Positions 18,635 to 28,384 of a stretch of DNA of 64,000 nt are shown in pieces. The notes below the pieces were generated by a model, which was given only the letters and a program-made list of their open reading frames with translations, made no database searches and was not told the origin of the DNA. Made by a program: the position numbers and the translations under genes. Every line of letters begins with the position of its first letter. Position 1 is the first letter of the stretch. Origin of the DNA: Candidatus Dormiibacterota bacterium (GTDB lineage Bacteria; Patescibacteriota; Saccharimonadia; UBA4664; DATLOE01); contig DATLOE010000018.1 in the NCBI GenBank assembly GCA_035536395.1, forward strand, positions 16,193 to 80,192, read 5' to 3'.

Positions 18635-19036
18635 CTACCAAACGGCGAGCAGGCCGCCCATTAGAATAAGGGCTAGCAGCGGGTAGCCGGCATTAATGGC
18701 AAACAGCTTCCTGCCCTTTTCTTCAAAGACGGCATTGGCGCCCATAGTCGGCAGTACAAAGCCAAGCCAGGCCCACAGGCCGGTCTGAGCTCCCTGGTAG
18801 AAAGTAGCCGCTCCGGTATAATCGATGAATACCGCCAATACGAACGCCATAATGAGCGAACCGATAGTAGTTAGGGCGTAGCCGGTTGTGGCGCCACCCA
18901 TATCCTCCATCTTCTTACCAACTGCCTTAGCCCAGGCGTCGCCAAACGCCGGCCGGGAATACCAGGCCGCTCCGGCTGCCATATTAAGTATTGCTGCTAC
19001 TACCACCGCCACATAATTTACATCTGCTTCGGGCAT
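18635..19036 (-). CDS. DUF1761-family membrane protein
   Basis: 133 aa with four hydrophobic helices; YVAVVVAAILNMAAGAAWYSRPAFGDAWAKAVGK is typical of DUF1761. Confidence 0.55.
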   Translation of the reverse strand: MPEADVNYVAVVVAAILNMAAGAAWYSRPAFGDAWAKAVGKKMEDMGGATTGYALTTIGSLIMAFVLAVFIDYTGAATFYQGAQTGLWAWLGFVLPTMGANAVFEEKGRKLFAINAGYPLLALILMGGLLAVW

Positions 19037-19103
19037 ATCATACCCTCCCTTTACTTTGCCCTAACTTTAAACCTCTTACTTAGACGTTGTCAAACAGTAT
19101 CAA

Positions 19104-19631
19104 CTAAATTTTAAGCTTGGAGGCAAACTGGTGCTTTAATTTCTGTAGTTTGGGATTAATGACTACCCGGCAGTAGGCCTCCTCTGGGTGGCGGGCAAAG
19201 TAATCGCGGTGGTATTCCTCTGCCGGATAAAACTCCGTAAGCGGCAGAAGTTCGGTAGTAATCGGATCCTTCCATAAACTAGCCGCCTTGCGTATAGAGG
19301 CACTGGCTGAGGCTTTTTGCTCGTGATTATGATAGAAAATCACCGAACGGTACTGAGAGCCGATGTCATTCCCCTGCCTATTTCGGGTGGTCGGGTCGTG
19401 TATCGCCCAAAAGATATCCAGTAGTTCGCCAAAGCTTACCATATTCGGGTTGAATTCTATTTGAACAGCCTCGGCGTGGCCGGTAGACCCGCCGCATACT
19501 TGCTCGTATGTCGGATTAGGAACGCTGCCTCCGACATATCCGTTGGTTACAGTGTGAACTCCCTTTACCTGCTGGTAGGCCGCCTCCAAGCACCAAAAGC
19601 AGCCGCCAGCTAAGGTCGCCTTCTGCGTCAC
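19104..19631 (-). CDS. msrA: Peptide-methionine (S)-S-oxide reductase
   Basis: GGCFWCLEA active site and YHRDYF. Confidence 0.9.
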   Translation of the reverse strand: MTQKATLAGGCFWCLEAAYQQVKGVHTVTNGYVGGSVPNPTYEQVCGGSTGHAEAVQIEFNPNMVSFGELLDIFWAIHDPTTRNRQGNDIGSQYRSVIFYHNHEQKASASASIRKAASLWKDPITTELLPLTEFYPAEEYHRDYFARHPEEAYCRVVINPKLQKLKHQFASKLKI

Positions 19632-20050
19632 TTGGTGTCTCCACCTGGTTTCACTGACTCAAATTCCAGTGCTAACGAATTAATGCAGTAACGCTTGCCG
19701 GAAGGCTTCGGCCCGTCATTAAAAACATGACCCAGGTGCGCCCCGCAATGGGCACAAATCACTTCCGTGCGCTCCATACCGAGGCTGGTATCCGAATGCA
19801 GCTCTACCGCGCCTTCGCTAGCAGCCTGGTAAAAACTAGGCCAGCCGGTGCTGGAATCGAACTTGGTATTAGATGAAAACAGCGACTGCCCGCAGGCCAC
19901 ACATTTATACATCCCGTTGTCTTTATTATCCAAATACACACCGCTAAAAGCCGGCTCGGTGCCCTTGCCGCGAATAATCTGATACTGCTCGGGTGTCAGC
20001 TTCCGACGCCAGTACTCATCTGGCGTTTTTTTAAGGTCTGAATCTTTCAC
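19628..20050 (-). CDS. msrB: Peptide-methionine (R)-S-oxide reductase
   Basis: Two CxxC pairs (CVACG, CAHCG), HLGHVF and SelR-domain motifs; overlaps msrA by 4 bp. Confidence 0.9.
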   Translation of the reverse strand: MKDSDLKKTPDEYWRRKLTPEQYQIIRGKGTEPAFSGVYLDNKDNGMYKCVACGQSLFSSNTKFDSSTGWPSFYQAASEGAVELHSDTSLGMERTEVICAHCGAHLGHVFNDGPKPSGKRYCINSLALEFESVKPGGDTK

Positions 20051-20121
20051 TTACCCTCTAATTAACTCTATTCAATTATGCCACACCACTGAGCAGCAGT
20101 CTTTGATATAATCAATAACCT

Positions 20122-20382
20122 ATGGTTGTACTAAATTGGACTCGTAAATTCGTAATAACTTTAATCGGCTTTGCGGTACTGGCGGCCGGCCTAGGCTTGG
20201 CCCTGCCTGGCATACCCGGCCCCGGCCTACTTCTAATGATCGCCGGCTTTGCCATTCTAGGGCTGGAATACACATGGGCAAAATCGGCTCTTGATTCCTC
20301 CAAGCAGAAATTAAGAAGGATCACCCAGCCAATGCAGAAAACCAAAGCCAAAACCGACCCACAGGAAAACAAACCCAAATGA
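20122..20382 (+). CDS. PGPGW-motif small membrane protein
   Basis: LALPGIPGPGLLLMIAGFAILGLEYTWAK is the PGPGW family signature; preferred over the antisense ORF 20112-20402. Confidence 0.55.
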   Translation: MVVLNWTRKFVITLIGFAVLAAGLGLALPGIPGPGLLLMIAGFAILGLEYTWAKSALDSSKQKLRRITQPMQKTKAKTDPQENKPK

Positions 20383-20726
20383 TTTACGACGATCTTCTGC
20401 AAACGGTTGTGGCCCTTGCAGAAAAAGCAGACAGCAGAGAGGTTGCCGCCAATGAAGATTTCGGTTTGGAGTTAGATGGCAAGATAATCTACGATTCATG
20501 CAAGGCGACTAGCCCCGAAGGGCCGATTGAAATCAATTTAACCCGCGACTACGCGCGGCCGCCGTTCGAGTGGCTGGCCGAAATTACTCTTGATGGTAAG
20601 CCATTTCGCCACTTCCTTTTAACTAGTGAACAAACCGTTATAGAAACTTATGGCAAACAGGTTTTGCCAGTCAGTGAGCAAGATGCCAAATGGCTGCTCG
20701 CGGTTTTAAACAGCGCGGACGTCTAA
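20379..20726 (+). CDS. Hypothetical protein (115 aa), translationally coupled to the PGPGW protein
   Basis: ATGA overlap with the previous gene; acidic, no TM segment. Confidence 0.45.
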   Translation: MIYDDLLQTVVALAEKADSREVAANEDFGLELDGKIIYDSCKATSPEGPIEINLTRDYARPPFEWLAEITLDGKPFRHFLLTSEQTVIETYGKQVLPVSEQDAKWLLAVLNSADV

Positions 20727-20747
20727 GATTTTGTATAATAATTAGTA

Positions 20748-21188
20748 ATGAAGCTTATTAGTCCAGTTTTCGAAAACAATTCAGCTATACCCCCCAAGTA
20801 CACCTGCCAGGGCGAAAATATTAATCCGCCTTTGAACTATGTAGATGTGCCAGAGGATGCCCAAAGCCTGGCGCTGGTGGTAGATGATCCCGATGCTCCT
20901 AGCGGAAATTTTGTGCATTGGCTGGTATGGGATATAGACCCGGCTACTCCTGGAATAGGCGAAAACAGTGTACCCGAACATGCCGTGCAGGGCCGTAACG
21001 ACTTTGGCCGACAGAATTACGGCGGCCCCTGCCCGCACTCCGGTACCCACCGATACTGCTTTAGGCTCTATGCCTTAAAAACCAAACTCAACCTGCCACC
21101 TTCGGCCTCAAAATCTGAATTAGAGGAAGCCATGAAAGACAAAATAATAAAGCACGCCGAGATAGGCGGGCAGTATGTTAAGCAGTAA
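20748..21188 (+). CDS. YbhB/YbcL-family phosphatidylethanolamine-binding protein (PEBP)
   Basis: VVDDPDAPSGNFVHWLVWDI and GYGGPCPHSGTHRYCFRLYAL are the PEBP DPDxP/HW motifs. Confidence 0.8.
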   Translation: MKLISPVFENNSAIPPKYTCQGENINPPLNYVDVPEDAQSLALVVDDPDAPSGNFVHWLVWDIDPATPGIGENSVPEHAVQGRNDFGRQNYGGPCPHSGTHRYCFRLYALKTKLNLPPSASKSELEEAMKDKIIKHAEIGGQYVKQ

Positions 21189-21193
21189 GCACA

Positions 21194-21928
21194 ATGGCTT
21201 TTGATCAAATTCCCCTGAATGCCTACGCCTGGACCATGGGCGGAATTGCCCTATTCTTTTTCGCGCTTAGAAGTTACCGCAACCACCAGGAAACAAAAAA
21301 CCCGGTAGCCTGGATGTATTTTTTATTGGGAGCTCCCATTGCGGTGGCTTTCTTTTTATACGGCATTCCGCCGATGCTCTCGAAGGACCCCGACGTCGTA
21401 ATACAGACCTACTACTTAGCCGATATGTTTGTAATGATCAGTATGATAGCCCAATCCCGGCTGATGTGGTTTATCGGGCTTAAAAACCGTATCCGGTACG
21501 CCTGGGTTGCATTGCCTACTATAATGCTGACCCTAACGATTTTACTGCTGGAATTCGGCACCTCCAAGGCGGCCTTTGGGAACAACCTGACGCTGTATAC
21601 CGATATTGAGCCTGTTCTATATGCAAAATCACTCCTTTACCTCCTCATCTGCTTCCCTATCGGGTACTTCTTCATTCATCAGGGCGCTCTTAACCCTGAA
21701 ACCCGTGCCAAGGCAAAATCGATTATAACCGGTGTGGCTTTTATTCTGGTAAGTGCCGCTGCGATCTCCAGCAGTCTGCTTCAGCAAGGCAGTGATACGC
21801 ATGAAAGCGCCATTTCTAACTTTTTCGTATTTCTGTTGTTCCTCATAATTAACACTCTGCCCAGAAAAAAGCTACTCACTGCTGCTGCTACCCCTCCGGA
21901 TACTACAACGAACCAAAGAAGCTCTTAG
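21194..21928 (+). CDS. Hypothetical polytopic membrane protein
   Basis: 244 aa, about 7 hydrophobic helices; no recognised family. Confidence 0.5.
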   Translation: MAFDQIPLNAYAWTMGGIALFFFALRSYRNHQETKNPVAWMYFLLGAPIAVAFFLYGIPPMLSKDPDVVIQTYYLADMFVMISMIAQSRLMWFIGLKNRIRYAWVALPTIMLTLTILLLEFGTSKAAFGNNLTLYTDIEPVLYAKSLLYLLICFPIGYFFIHQGALNPETRAKAKSIITGVAFILVSAAAISSSLLQQGSDTHESAISNFFVFLLFLIINTLPRKKLLTAAATPPDTTTNQRSS

Positions 21929-23597
21929 TCTCGGCCACGACCACTTTGCTATGGTCTTTCTTGAGCTGGCTGTATGGTGGCACCCGCAGGTAAAATGTAG
22001 ATCCCTGGTTTAATTCACTTTCAAACCAAACCTCTCCATTCAAACGGTCGGCCAGTTTTTTAACGATGTAGAGGCCCAGCCCGGTTCCGCCCGTTTCCCG
22101 GGTACGGAAATCTTCGGAGCGAAAGAATTTGGTGAATATCTTCTTCTGGTCAGCGGAAGCAATGCCAATGCCGGTATCGGTTACGCCGAATATAATGCCA
22201 TCCTTGGGGTTCTCGGCATACTTCGCGCTAATAGTCACCGAGCCTTTTTTGGTGTATTTAATGGCGTTTGTCACAAAGTTGTGCAAAATCTCCTTAACCC
22301 GATACTCGCTTGAAAGTACCGGCGCAAGCACAGCCGGATATTCTGTTTTAATCTCCAAATTCTTAGCTGCCGCTTCTTCTTTATGATCGCTCTTAATCTG
22401 CTCAATAAATGCCCCTGCATCTATCGGGTCGAGATCCACATCCAGAATGTCCTGCTCAGCCTTGGAGAGTGTAGTGAGATCGGTGATGATATCGCCCAAA
22501 AATTTAATGTTGCGGTGGGCTTGGTTCATCATCCTCAAGGTATCCTTATTGTCGGATGCATAAGCCGGTAGTAAAGCTGTAGAAATATTGGCTTCGGCAA
22601 TCGCAACCGGAGTTCGCAGCTCATGTGAGGCCACGGAAATGAACTCCTCCTGCTGCTGCTCAAGTGTTTTTTCTCTGGTAATGTCCCGTACCACCATCAC
22701 AAAACCTTTATTATCCTCTTTATCCCCTTGCGCCACGATGTATGGGGTAAGGTTGACCTCGATATTAATCAAGCTACCGTCGGGCATTTTCAGCCCCAAA
22801 TCACGTCGCTTTACGCTGCCGGTGGCAGATTTCTGAATCTGGTTGAACTCTACCGGCCGGTTTTTGGCATCAGTCAGCCGCAGGAGTTCATTTATGCTTT
22901 GGTCTGCAATCTTCTGGTTGCCCATCATATGCAGAGCCATTTGGTTATGCAAGATAATCCGTCCCTCCTTACTTACCACTAGCACAGCGTCTACCATGTT
23001 ATTAATCAGCGCCAACAGTCTTTGACGCTCCTGATCAATCTGCACGCTTATCTTAGAGAGATTCACCCTCTCATTGCGCTCGGCCCTTGTAAGCCGGGCA
23101 GCATATAGGCCGACGCAGGTAAAGATCAGACATCTCAGAGCAATACCGGTTAAGTGTATGGGGTTAAACTGCCCGAGCAGTGCCGAAACCGCCAAGATAC
23201 CGGCCGTCTGGCCAGCGCTCACAATAAATACTGCCGGGGTACCCCACCAGAAGCCGGCCGAAATCAGCATGAATACCAGAATACTGTAATACGGGCTGTC
23301 GGCGCCGCCTGTCAGATAAAGCAGCGAAAGGGTAAATACATTGTCTATTCCAATCATCAGTGGCTTAGAAACAAACCATTTTTGCTTCAGCATCACCGGG
23401 ATATGCATGCCGATGTTGTAGACCAAAGCCGAAACGATCAGCCAGCTCAGCTCCCAAAACTCGTTAGGGGCGATAAAGGCGTAGGTGAGAATTACAATTG
23501 CTATCACCAGCCAGCGTACAAAGCGCGTGGCCTGCTCATAAAAGCTGGTGCGGCTAGCCAGAATCTCCTGCGGCTCTATTTTCTGAGGTGTATCCAA
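21903..23597 (-). CDS. Sensor histidine kinase (membrane domain + PAS + HisKA + HATPase_c)
   Basis: N-terminal multi-TM region, PAS-like segment, H-box SVASHELRTP, N/G boxes NFVTNAIKYT, GVTDTGIGI, GGTGLGLYIVKKLA. Confidence 0.8.
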   Translation of the reverse strand: MDTPQKIEPQEILASRTSFYEQATRFVRWLVIAIVILTYAFIAPNEFWELSWLIVSALVYNIGMHIPVMLKQKWFVSKPLMIGIDNVFTLSLLYLTGGADSPYYSILVFMLISAGFWWGTPAVFIVSAGQTAGILAVSALLGQFNPIHLTGIALRCLIFTCVGLYAARLTRAERNERVNLSKISVQIDQERQRLLALINNMVDAVLVVSKEGRIILHNQMALHMMGNQKIADQSINELLRLTDAKNRPVEFNQIQKSATGSVKRRDLGLKMPDGSLINIEVNLTPYIVAQGDKEDNKGFVMVVRDITREKTLEQQQEEFISVASHELRTPVAIAEANISTALLPAYASDNKDTLRMMNQAHRNIKFLGDIITDLTTLSKAEQDILDVDLDPIDAGAFIEQIKSDHKEEAAAKNLEIKTEYPAVLAPVLSSEYRVKEILHNFVTNAIKYTKKGSVTISAKYAENPKDGIIFGVTDTGIGIASADQKKIFTKFFRSEDFRTRETGGTGLGLYIVKKLADRLNGEVWFESELNQGSTFYLRVPPYSQLKKDHSKVVVAETKSFFGSL

Positions 23598-23816
23598 TTA
23601 CTATGCTTCTTATGCTTATATTCTACATCAATTCAGAGCATCTATTAAGGTGAAAGAGACAGCAACAAAAAGAGGAGCCTTTTAAGGGGCTCCTCTAGTG
23701 GTAGCACTATTGCTAATGCTACCGTGCCACCTCACGATGGCAATTACAATTTTAGTCCTGCTTAATTTGCGATGCAAGCATGAGCGCTTTAAAGCCCCAA
23801 TCATAAGATTGGGGCT

Positions 23817-24356
23817 TTATTTTATGGCTTGGGCCTCGTCCAAGTTTTCCACAGCCTGCTTGAGATTGGCGATGCCATCTTTTTCAGGCAGTAGTCCTTT
23901 CACAAGCACTCTAGCCGCACCTGCCACCTGCAGAAGGGCCGAGGTTTCATCGGGTTGGGACTGCCGTGCTCGGCGCGCGTTGCGCATCCACCTGCAATTA
24001 ATACCACCCCTGCAATGCTCATCGCAATCGGCAACGATCTGTCCGTCTACACACATTATTCAGTCGGCACACGATTCGCTGATTTCCATCCGGCTTTTTT
24101 GCGAGAGAGCACCCCAATCTTGCTCACACATAACCAGGCGAACGCCATCTTCTCCCCGGTAGAACCGACAGTAACGACAGAAGCAATCAGGCTTTACGTC
24201 TGACCGAGGCCGATCGTCTCCTTTTCTTGCGCCGAGATGGTCATAAGCCTTCATTGCCATCTCGTGGCGCCCGTACCTTTCAGCCTCCTCATGATTTATT
24301 GGCCCGCCAGGTTTGCCAATAAGCGGGGTCAGGTCAACAATCTCTACAGCTGTCAT
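23817..24356 (-). other. Cys-rich reading frame interrupted by a single in-frame TGA (24060-24062); possible pseudogene or recoded gene
   Basis: ORFs 24060-24356 and 23817-24056 are in the same frame, separated only by TGA and one Ile codon: ...EISESCAD*IMCVDGQIVADCDEHCRGGINC... Multiple CxxC-type pairs (CFCRYCRF, CDEHC). Confidence 0.25.
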
Positions 24357-24467
24357 CTTTTGCCTCCTAGGAACAAAATGAGCGTTACCGCTACTTCAAG
24401 ACAACTTTATCAGATTAAGAGAAATATTAAAGCCGTTTTTTAGGCATCAGCGGAGTAAGCCAAGAAT

Positions 24468-25607
24468 TTATAGCTTGGTTGGATTAACAACATAAATCTT
24501 ATCGTCGCCGGCTAGGGGGTTGCCGCGCCCGTCGCGATTGCTGACGGTAATATATAGCAGGCCATCCGGCCCCACTACCACCTCGCGCACTCGCCCTAGC
24601 TCACCGGCAAAGTGTTTAACCGGCGCGGTTGGTTCGCCTAGAGTGACCATAAACAGCGCTTGCCCGCGCAGCCCGCCGAAGTACAGCTTCTGCTTAAGCG
24701 TTGCCGTACCGGAAGGCGCCCAAGTATCGGCCCCGCTTTGCACCACCGGCGCCGCCATCCCCTCTCTCTGTTGCTCACCCCGTACAGTCGGCCAGCCATA
24801 ATTGCCGCCCGCAGTTATTTTATTCACCTCATCTTGGGTAATCTGGCCATGCTCCGTTGCCCATAGCTGGCCGCGGCTATCCCAAGCTAAACCCTGCGGG
24901 TTACGGTGGCCATAGGAATAGACGCGGCTGCCGAAGGGATTTCCTGGCGCCGGCTTGCCGTCATCGGTCACCCGTAATATTTTGCCGGCTAAAGCATTCT
25001 TATCTTGGGCCAGGGAAGGTTCTTGCGCGTCGCCGGTTGCAATATATAAGAACCTGTCCGGACCGAACTTAATGCGGCCGCCATTATGATTGTTCGCGCC
25101 CGGTATGCCATCTACCACCATGCTCCGGCTTGTAAGTTTATCTCCCTCAAGTCTGTACCGTACAACTCGGTTAAAAGTATTCTCCCCCACCCCGCCGTAT
25201 GTGTAATACAAGTAAACAAGGCGGTTTTTTGAAAATTCCGGGTGTACTGCAATACCTAGTAGGCCGCCCTCACTCTGTGCCCAGACATCATCTAGCACCA
25301 AGAGAGGCTCGGACTTAAGCTTGCCGTCGGCGCCCACCAGCCTTACCTTGCCGGGCCGCTCCGTTACCAATAGACTTTTATCAGGCAGAAAAGCTATGGC
25401 CCAAGGGATTTCCAGATTTTCTGCCAGCACCGCTATGCGTGGAGCAGCTTTATTTTCTTTTTGGGGAATGTCGGTTTTCGGCTGCGGTCTTTGGTAGTAA
25501 GCAAAATATTGTATGGCGCCAAGCACCAGCGCGCCTGATATTAAGCCTGCAACTATCCATTTAAGCCATTTCTTCATAATTTGATTATAGACCCGGTATA
25601 GATGTAT
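24468..25607 (-). CDS. PQQ-dependent sugar dehydrogenase (soluble glucose/sorbosone dehydrogenase family beta-propeller)
   Basis: Signal-anchor MKKWLKWIVAGLISGALVLGAI, then PWAIAFLPD..LLVTER, GGLLGIAVHPEF, NHNGGRIKFGPD, YSYGHRNPQGLAWD and GGNYGWP motifs typical of the GSDH family. The start is set at MKKW rather than the track's upstream extension. Confidence 0.8.
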   Translation of the reverse strand: MHLYRVYNQIMKKWLKWIVAGLISGALVLGAIQYFAYYQRPQPKTDIPQKENKAAPRIAVLAENLEIPWAIAFLPDKSLLVTERPGKVRLVGADGKLKSEPLLVLDDVWAQSEGGLLGIAVHPEFSKNRLVYLYYTYGGVGENTFNRVVRYRLEGDKLTSRSMVVDGIPGANNHNGGRIKFGPDRFLYIATGDAQEPSLAQDKNALAGKILRVTDDGKPAPGNPFGSRVYSYGHRNPQGLAWDSRGQLWATEHGQITQDEVNKITAGGNYGWPTVRGEQQREGMAAPVVQSGADTWAPSGTATLKQKLYFGGLRGQALFMVTLGEPTAPVKHFAGELGRVREVVVGPDGLLYITVSNRDGRGNPLAGDDKIYVVNPTKL

Positions 25608-25629
25608 GTATATGAAAAGCCCGGGGTGG

Positions 25630-26004
25630 TTAAACCCCGGGCTTACTGGCTGTGGCGGATTCGAGAGTGTCGAAAAGCTCAAAAACCCTATGCAGCCCAG
25701 TGATCTCGAACATTCTTGCAATACCTTCGTATGAAGATACAATGTGCAGCAAGCCGCCTAGATGCCGTACTTGTTTGTGCGCAGTGACTAGAGCGCCCAA
25801 AGTCATAGAATCAAGGTATTTCACCTGGCTGAGATCTATCACCATCGGTACAGCATCCTTCATTTCGCCCTGTATGGCAGCTTTGAAGTTCTCGGCCATA
25901 TACAGGTCGATTTCTTCTTCTACGACGCGTAAAACCACCCAACCGTTTTGGCGTGAAACCGAAACCTCACAAGGCTCTGCCTGAATTCCCTCCGAAACAC
26001 TCAT
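25630..26004 (-). CDS. STAS-domain anti-sigma-factor antagonist (SpoIIAA-like)
   Basis: 124 aa; DLSQVKYLDSMTLGALV and a following helix are typical of STAS/SpoIIAA. Confidence 0.7.
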   Translation of the reverse strand: MSVSEGIQAEPCEVSVSRQNGWVVLRVVEEEIDLYMAENFKAAIQGEMKDAVPMVIDLSQVKYLDSMTLGALVTAHKQVRHLGGLLHIVSSYEGIARMFEITGLHRVFELFDTLESATASKPGV

Positions 26005-26109
26005 TTCTCGCTCCGATGTAGGCCTTTTAAAGAACTCGGGTAATTATAAAATTAAACCCTGACTTTGTCTATAAAATTTAAAAAAGACCCGACCGTGGTC
26101 AGACCCTTT

Positions 26110-26184
26110 TGGCTGGGATGCTAGGACTCGAACCTAGAATCTCCTCGTCCAGAGCGAGGCGCCTTACCATTTGGCCACATCCCA
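26110..26184 (-). tRNA. tRNA-Gln (anticodon CTG)
   Basis: Minus strand: TGGGATG-TG-GCC-AAATGGTAA-GGC-G-CCTCG-CTCTGGA-CGAGG-AGATT-CTAGG-TTCGAGT-CCTAG-CATCCCA-G-CCA. Perfect cloverleaf with U1-A72 as in bacterial tRNA-Gln; CCA is encoded. Confidence 0.85.
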
Positions 26185-26352
26185 TCGTCTAAACCGAGCT
26201 TCAATTTTCAGACATTGCCTGCAACGTCTTCCAATTTACACTGCGGTTTCTCCTCCCGAAATCGCAAACAGGCAAAGCCTTGGTTTACAATTTCGCTAGG
26301 CTACTTCAAGAGATTTTAGCAGTTTGGGAAGTTTTCTACAATCTGTGCGTGG

Positions 26353-26658
26353 TCAGAATAGAGTTTTAGAAAACAGAACAGAAAGCAGAATTGCGGTAAT
26401 GGCGCCAAAGGCGGCGATTGTGCGCAGAAAGAAGCTAGCAGCCACTTTCTTTTTGCCATCCAGATAGAGGGTGAGCGGCTGGTACACGAACAGGTAGCCC
26501 ATAACAGCAGCCGATAAAGTGAATAGAGACATGAAGACAATCGGGGCAAGAATGTTGTCTTCTTCCGGGGCCGACTTTGATCCATAAAACATTACCAAGG
26601 CTACAATGGTTATATAAGCCAAAGCTGCCAAGGCATTAATAATTGGGTTTTTACTCAT
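26353..26658 (-). CDS. Hypothetical small membrane protein (3 TM helices)
   Basis: 101 aa, hydrophobic; chosen over the same-strand overlapping ORF 26316-26585, which is in a different frame. Confidence 0.45.
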   Translation of the reverse strand: MSKNPIINALAALAYITIVALVMFYGSKSAPEEDNILAPIVFMSLFTLSAAVMGYLFVYQPLTLYLDGKKKVAASFFLRTIAAFGAITAILLSVLFSKTLF

Positions 26659-26690
26659 GGTCTAATTTTACCACGCGAATTAAGCTCTTT

Positions 26691-27182
26691 TTACTTAGCT
26701 GATTCGAATGCCTCTTTGAGCTTGGGCAGATCCAGCTTAACCATCGGCATCATAGCCGCCATTAAGGCCTTCTTTTGGGCCGGGGTGCCCTTCTCCATCA
26801 TTTCCCCAAACTCACGGGGAGTAATCTGCCAGGTGGTACCGAATTTATCGACTATCCAGCCGCACTGCTGAGGCTTGCCGCCTTCTAGCAGCTTCTCCCA
26901 GACAGCGTCTATCTCCTCCTGAGTGTCGAATTCCACCAACAATGATATATTGCCGCCAGGCTTAAACAACGGTCCGCCGTCCAGGCACATCAACTTTAAG
27001 CCATAGACCTCAAAAATTCCCGTTAGCACCTTACCCTTTAGTTCCTTCTCTCCCGGTATGCCCTGATCGCCGGCATAGCGTTCGATCTCTATTATTTTAG
27101 AGTTGGGAAAAGCTGAGGTATAAAAGTTCATTGCCTCCTCAGCGTTACTTTCGAACCAGATGCATGGTATGACTTTTTGCAT
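26691..27182 (-). CDS. VOC-family (glyoxalase/PhnB-like) protein
   Basis: MQKVIPCIWFESNAEEAMNFYTSAF N-terminus is characteristic of the PhnB/3-demethylubiquinone-methyltransferase-like VOC fold. Confidence 0.65.
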   Translation of the reverse strand: MQKVIPCIWFESNAEEAMNFYTSAFPNSKIIEIERYAGDQGIPGEKELKGKVLTGIFEVYGLKLMCLDGGPLFKPGGNISLLVEFDTQEEIDAVWEKLLEGGKPQQCGWIVDKFGTTWQITPREFGEMMEKGTPAQKKALMAAMMPMVKLDLPKLKEAFESAK

Positions 27183-27203
27183 AATTTTACTCCTTACTAA
27201 TTA

Positions 27204-27668
27204 TTATTCTGCCTGGCGGCGGGAGCCGAGTGCATGCAAGTGCTTGCGGCTGCGCTCAAAAAAACTCTCATAAAAACCCTTGGCATCGATTGCTATCTTA
27301 CCCAACCCGTCATTGTCGCTGCCCTCGGCTACTCCTTCTATCAGCTCCCAGTGCACAATGGCGGCGCCGCAAAAGAAGCCCATCCACTCATATAGTTCGG
27401 TAATGTCATCCCAGCTGTCGCCTATGTAGGTATCGCGCATTACTCTCAGTTTCTTATTCGTGGCCTCGGCTTTCGCCAAAGTAACATCTAGCTTACCAGC
27501 CGCATCGGCCGCGGCTTTTATAGCCTGTGTGTGGTTATGGCTTAGCTCACTAAATTGCTTGGTGTCCAAACTTTCGCTACTAAAAGCTTCGGCGCCCCGC
27601 TCAAGCGTATCGTTAAATGTTTCGGCAAAAGCCAGTACTTCTCCTAATTTGCGTGCGGAAAAATCATT
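27204..27668 (-). CDS. Hypothetical protein (about 154 aa), immediately downstream of sod
   Basis: ORF from MNDFSARK; its start overlaps the sod stop. Helical, no family recognised. Confidence 0.45.
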   Translation of the reverse strand, partial: NDFSARKLGEVLAFAETFNDTLERGAEAFSSESLDTKQFSELSHNHTQAIKAAADAAGKLDVTLAKAEATNKKLRVMRDTYIGDSWDDITELYEWMGFFCGAAIVHWELIEGVAEGSDNDGLGKIAIDAKGFYESFFERSRKHLHALGSRRQAE

Positions 27669-28267
27669 CATGCTGAATAACGCCTTTCTACTTCCGGCCA
27701 ATTGACCACATTCCACCAGGCATCGGTATAATCAGGGCGTTTGTTCTGATATTTCAGGTAGTAAGCATGCTCCCAGATATCCAAGCCCAAGATTGGTATA
27801 TGGCCATCACTTAGCGGGCTGTCTTGATTAGCCGTGGAGCAAATGTGTAGGCCATCCGCGTCTTTGCAAAGCCAAGCCCAGCCGCTGCCGAACCGGCCGA
27901 TGGCGGCCTCCTTAAACTTAGCCTTAAACTCCTCAAAGCCGCCGAATGCGGATTTAATAGCCTCCGCCAATTCTCCGCCTGGTTCGCCACCACCATCAGG
28001 CGACATAATAGTCCAGAAAAAGCTGTGGTTGGCGTGGCCGCCACCATTATTGCGTACTGCCGTCCTTTTATCTTCCGGAACTTCATCAATATTCTGGATG
28101 AGTTCATTAATATCCAACGCCAGCAGTTCGTCATTTCCTTTTAAAGCATCGTTCAGCTTATCTACATAGGTCTGATGGTGCTTGGTGTGGTGGATTTCCA
28201 TCGTACGCGCGTCTATATGCGGCTCCAGGGCATCGTAATCGTATGGCAGTTTAGGCAACTCAAACAT
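27668..28267 (-). CDS. sodA: Superoxide dismutase (Fe/Mn family)
   Basis: HHTKHHQTY, metal ligands in [16 protein letters not shown]; 199 aa. Confidence 0.9.
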   Translation of the reverse strand: MFELPKLPYDYDALEPHIDARTMEIHHTKHHQTYVDKLNDALKGNDELLALDINELIQNIDEVPEDKRTAVRNNGGGHANHSFFWTIMSPDGGGEPGGELAEAIKSAFGGFEEFKAKFKEAAIGRFGSGWAWLCKDADGLHICSTANQDSPLSDGHIPILGLDIWEHAYYLKYQNKRPDYTDAWWNVVNWPEVERRYSA

Positions 28268-28384
28268 ATTTATCCTTTCTTAAGGGCTTTTTTATATTGT
28301 ACATCACATGGGCAGGCGTGTGCTTGAGCATACTTACAAACGCGGTTCGTTTGCAAACTGCTTACGCTGGTTTAGAATATAGAT

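Noticed and set aside
20112-20402. Minus-strand 96-aa ORF overlapping the PGPGW-protein ORF
   Set aside because: The plus-strand frame carries the diagnostic PGPGW motif and is translationally coupled to the next plus gene.
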